Assembly (NCBI GenBank): GCA_035358815.1
Contig: DAOPQC010000002.1
Coordinates: 472,207 to 536,206 of the forward strand
Direction of reading: 5' to 3'
Length of the DNA stretch: 64,000 nucleotides
DNA from: Thermoanaerobaculales bacterium
GTDB lineage: Bacteria > Acidobacteriota > Thermoanaerobaculia > Thermoanaerobaculales > Sulfomarinibacteraceae
Shown: one piece after another, positions 62,636 through 64,000 of the stretch
Position numbering within the stretch: the stretch's first letter is position 1
How the letters are laid out: each line of letters starts with the position of its first letter
The notes under the pieces: model-generated
The model's input: the letters and a program-made list of their open reading frames with translations, nothing else
Told to the model about the DNA's origin: nothing
Database searches by the model: none
Translations under genes and position numbers: made by a program

Positions 62636-64000
62636 ATGATCGCAGTATCGGGCCTCGCCAAGTGGTTCGGTGCACAGTCCCTGTTCGAGGGGGTCGGCTT
62701 CCAGCTCAACCCCGGCTGCCGCTATGGGCTGGTCGGGGCCAACGGCTCGGGCAAGACGACGCTGCTGCGGATCCTCGCCGGACAGGAGGAGCCGAGCGCC
62801 GGCACCGTGTCGCGGCCGCGGCGGCTGCGGCTCGGCACCCTCGAGCAGGACCACTACCGCTTCGAGGAGCTGCCGATCCTCGAGGTGGCGATGATGGGCC
62901 ACCACGAGCTGTGGCAGGCGATCCGCGACAAGGAGTCGCTGCTCGAGCGCGCCGACACCGGGTTCGACGGCGACCGCTATGCCGAGCTCGAGGACGTCAT
63001 CGCGAGCCATGACGGCTATGCCTTCGAGGCGCGCTCCGCAGAGATCCTCGAGGGGCTCGGCATCCCGACTCCGCTCCATCGCGATCCCCTGTCGACCCTG
63101 TCGGGCGGCTTCAAGCTGCGGGTCCTGCTCGCCCAGGCGCTGGCCGCGGACCCCCAGTGCCTGCTCCTCGACGAGCCGACGAATCACCTCGACATCCTGT
63201 CGATCCGCTGGCTCGAGAAGTTCCTGGCCGGGTTCGCCGGCTGCGCGCTGGTGATCTCGCACGACCACCGCTTCCTGGACAACGTCGCCACCCACATCCT
63301 GGACATCGACTACCAGACGGTGACCCTCTACACCGGCAACTACACCGCCTTTTCCGAGGCCAAGCAGGCGGAGCGCGAGCGGCGCGAGGCCGAGATCGCC
63401 AAGCGCGAGAAGGAGATCGCCCAGCACCAGGCGTTCGTGGACCGGTTCCGCGCCAAGAACACCAAGGCCCGCCAGGCGCAGAGCAAGATCAAGCAGATCG
63501 AGCGGATCGTGATCGATCGGCTGCCGCTGTCGTCGCGCCGCTACCCGACCTTCCAGTTCCGGCAGCGGCGTCCCAGCGGCAAGCAGGTGCTGACCTTCGA
63601 GGGTGTCGCGAAGGCGTTCGGGGACAACCAGGTGCTGCGCGACGTCACGCTCCACGTTCGCCGCGGCGACCGGTTGGCGATCATCGGTCCGAACGGCATC
63701 GGCAAGTCGACGCTGCTCAAGGTCGCCATGGGACAGCTGGCGGCCGACGCCGGCACCGTCACCTGGGGGCACGAGACCTACCCCGGCTACTTCGCACAGG
63801 ACCACCGCGAGCGGCTCGAGGGCAGCGACGCCACGGTCGAGGGCTGGCTCGGCGAGGCCTGCAGCGGCGAGGGCATCGGCTTCGTTCGCGGCCAGCTCGG
63901 AAAGGTGCTGTTCTCGCGCGACGAGGTCGACAAGAGGGTGGCCTCGCTGTCAGGCGGCGAGGCGGCCCGCCTGCTGTTCGCCCGGCTCGGCGTCGAGAAG
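62636..64000 (+). CDS. ABC-F family ATPase (YbiT/Uup-like); C-terminus runs off the window end
   Basis: Absent from the ORF track because the frame is open at the edge. Hand translation gives MIAVSGLAKWFG, GLVGANGSGKTTLL (Walker A), LSGGFKLRVLLAQAL, LLLDEPTNHLD, a charged linker (EREREAEIAKREKEI), a second GPNGIGKSTLL and LSGGEAARL. Confidence 0.9.
   Translation, partial: MIAVSGLAKWFGAQSLFEGVGFQLNPGCRYGLVGANGSGKTTLLRILAGQEEPSAGTVSRPRRLRLGTLEQDHYRFEELPILEVAMMGHHELWQAIRDKESLLERADTGFDGDRYAELEDVIASHDGYAFEARSAEILEGLGIPTPLHRDPLSTLSGGFKLRVLLAQALAADPQCLLLDEPTNHLDILSIRWLEKFLAGFAGCALVISHDHRFLDNVATHILDIDYQTVTLYTGNYTAFSEAKQAERERREAEIAKREKEIAQHQAFVDRFRAKNTKARQAQSKIKQIERIVIDRLPLSSRRYPTFQFRQRRPSGKQVLTFEGVAKAFGDNQVLRDVTLHVRRGDRLAIIGPNGIGKSTLLKVAMGQLAADAGTVTWGHETYPGYFAQDHRERLEGSDATVEGWLGEACSGEGIGFVRGQLGKVLFSRDEVDKRVASLSGGEAARLLFARLGVEK

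Overview
This is a very GC-rich window (about 70% by eye, not computed) from a bacterial chromosome. The lineage cannot be fixed from sequence alone. Strong GGAGG Shine-Dalgarno sites, an Oar-type TonB-dependent receptor, DUF4388 and sulfatase-TPR proteins suggest Acidobacteriota, Gemmatimonadota or Myxococcota. I call 44 CDS. Many ORF-track entries are antisense or run-on artefacts caused by stop-codon scarcity, so several starts were re-set by hand to internal ATG/GTG codons with good SD sites.

Content:
- Housekeeping genes: valS, topA, rpmG, and an E1 alpha/beta 2-oxoacid dehydrogenase pair.
- A very dense set of glycan-catabolism genes: GH105, GH3, GH20, GH130, GH27, three GH5, GH94, GH2, a GH20-like protein, an AGE-family epimerase, a SASA esterase, and YdjC and PIG-L deacetylases. 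With them are two ROK kinases, a SIS-type deaminase, two sodium:solute symporters, an MFS transporter and one Oar-type outer-membrane receptor.
- Operon structure is clear from ATGA/TGATG overlaps.
- I found no rRNA, tRNA, CRISPR, transposase, integrase, phage or recognisable defence genes.

The most unusual signal is non-coding. Almost every longer intergenic gap is filled by structured repeats.
1. Arrays of evenly spaced G3-5 tracts (GGGAAC, GGGGAC, GGGCAC, GGAAGC, GGGATCT and similar). They often occur as inverted G-rich/C-rich arms around a hairpin core and start within 0-10 nt of stop codons.
2. A 1.15-kb gene-free block (45122-46268). It holds an 18-mer G-tract array, 3.4 near-identical tandem copies of a 272-bp structured unit, and an octamer array.
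3. A second element family of about 100-125 nt. It has three copies, always placed sense-oriented at a gene 3' end, and its GC hairpin shows a compensatory base-pair change.

On the protein side, the gene content suggests a bacterial deacetylate-first GlcNAc/GlcN route, an epimerase/phosphorylase mannan route, and several secreted proteins of unknown role. All functional calls come from motif recognition by eye; no database search was possible.
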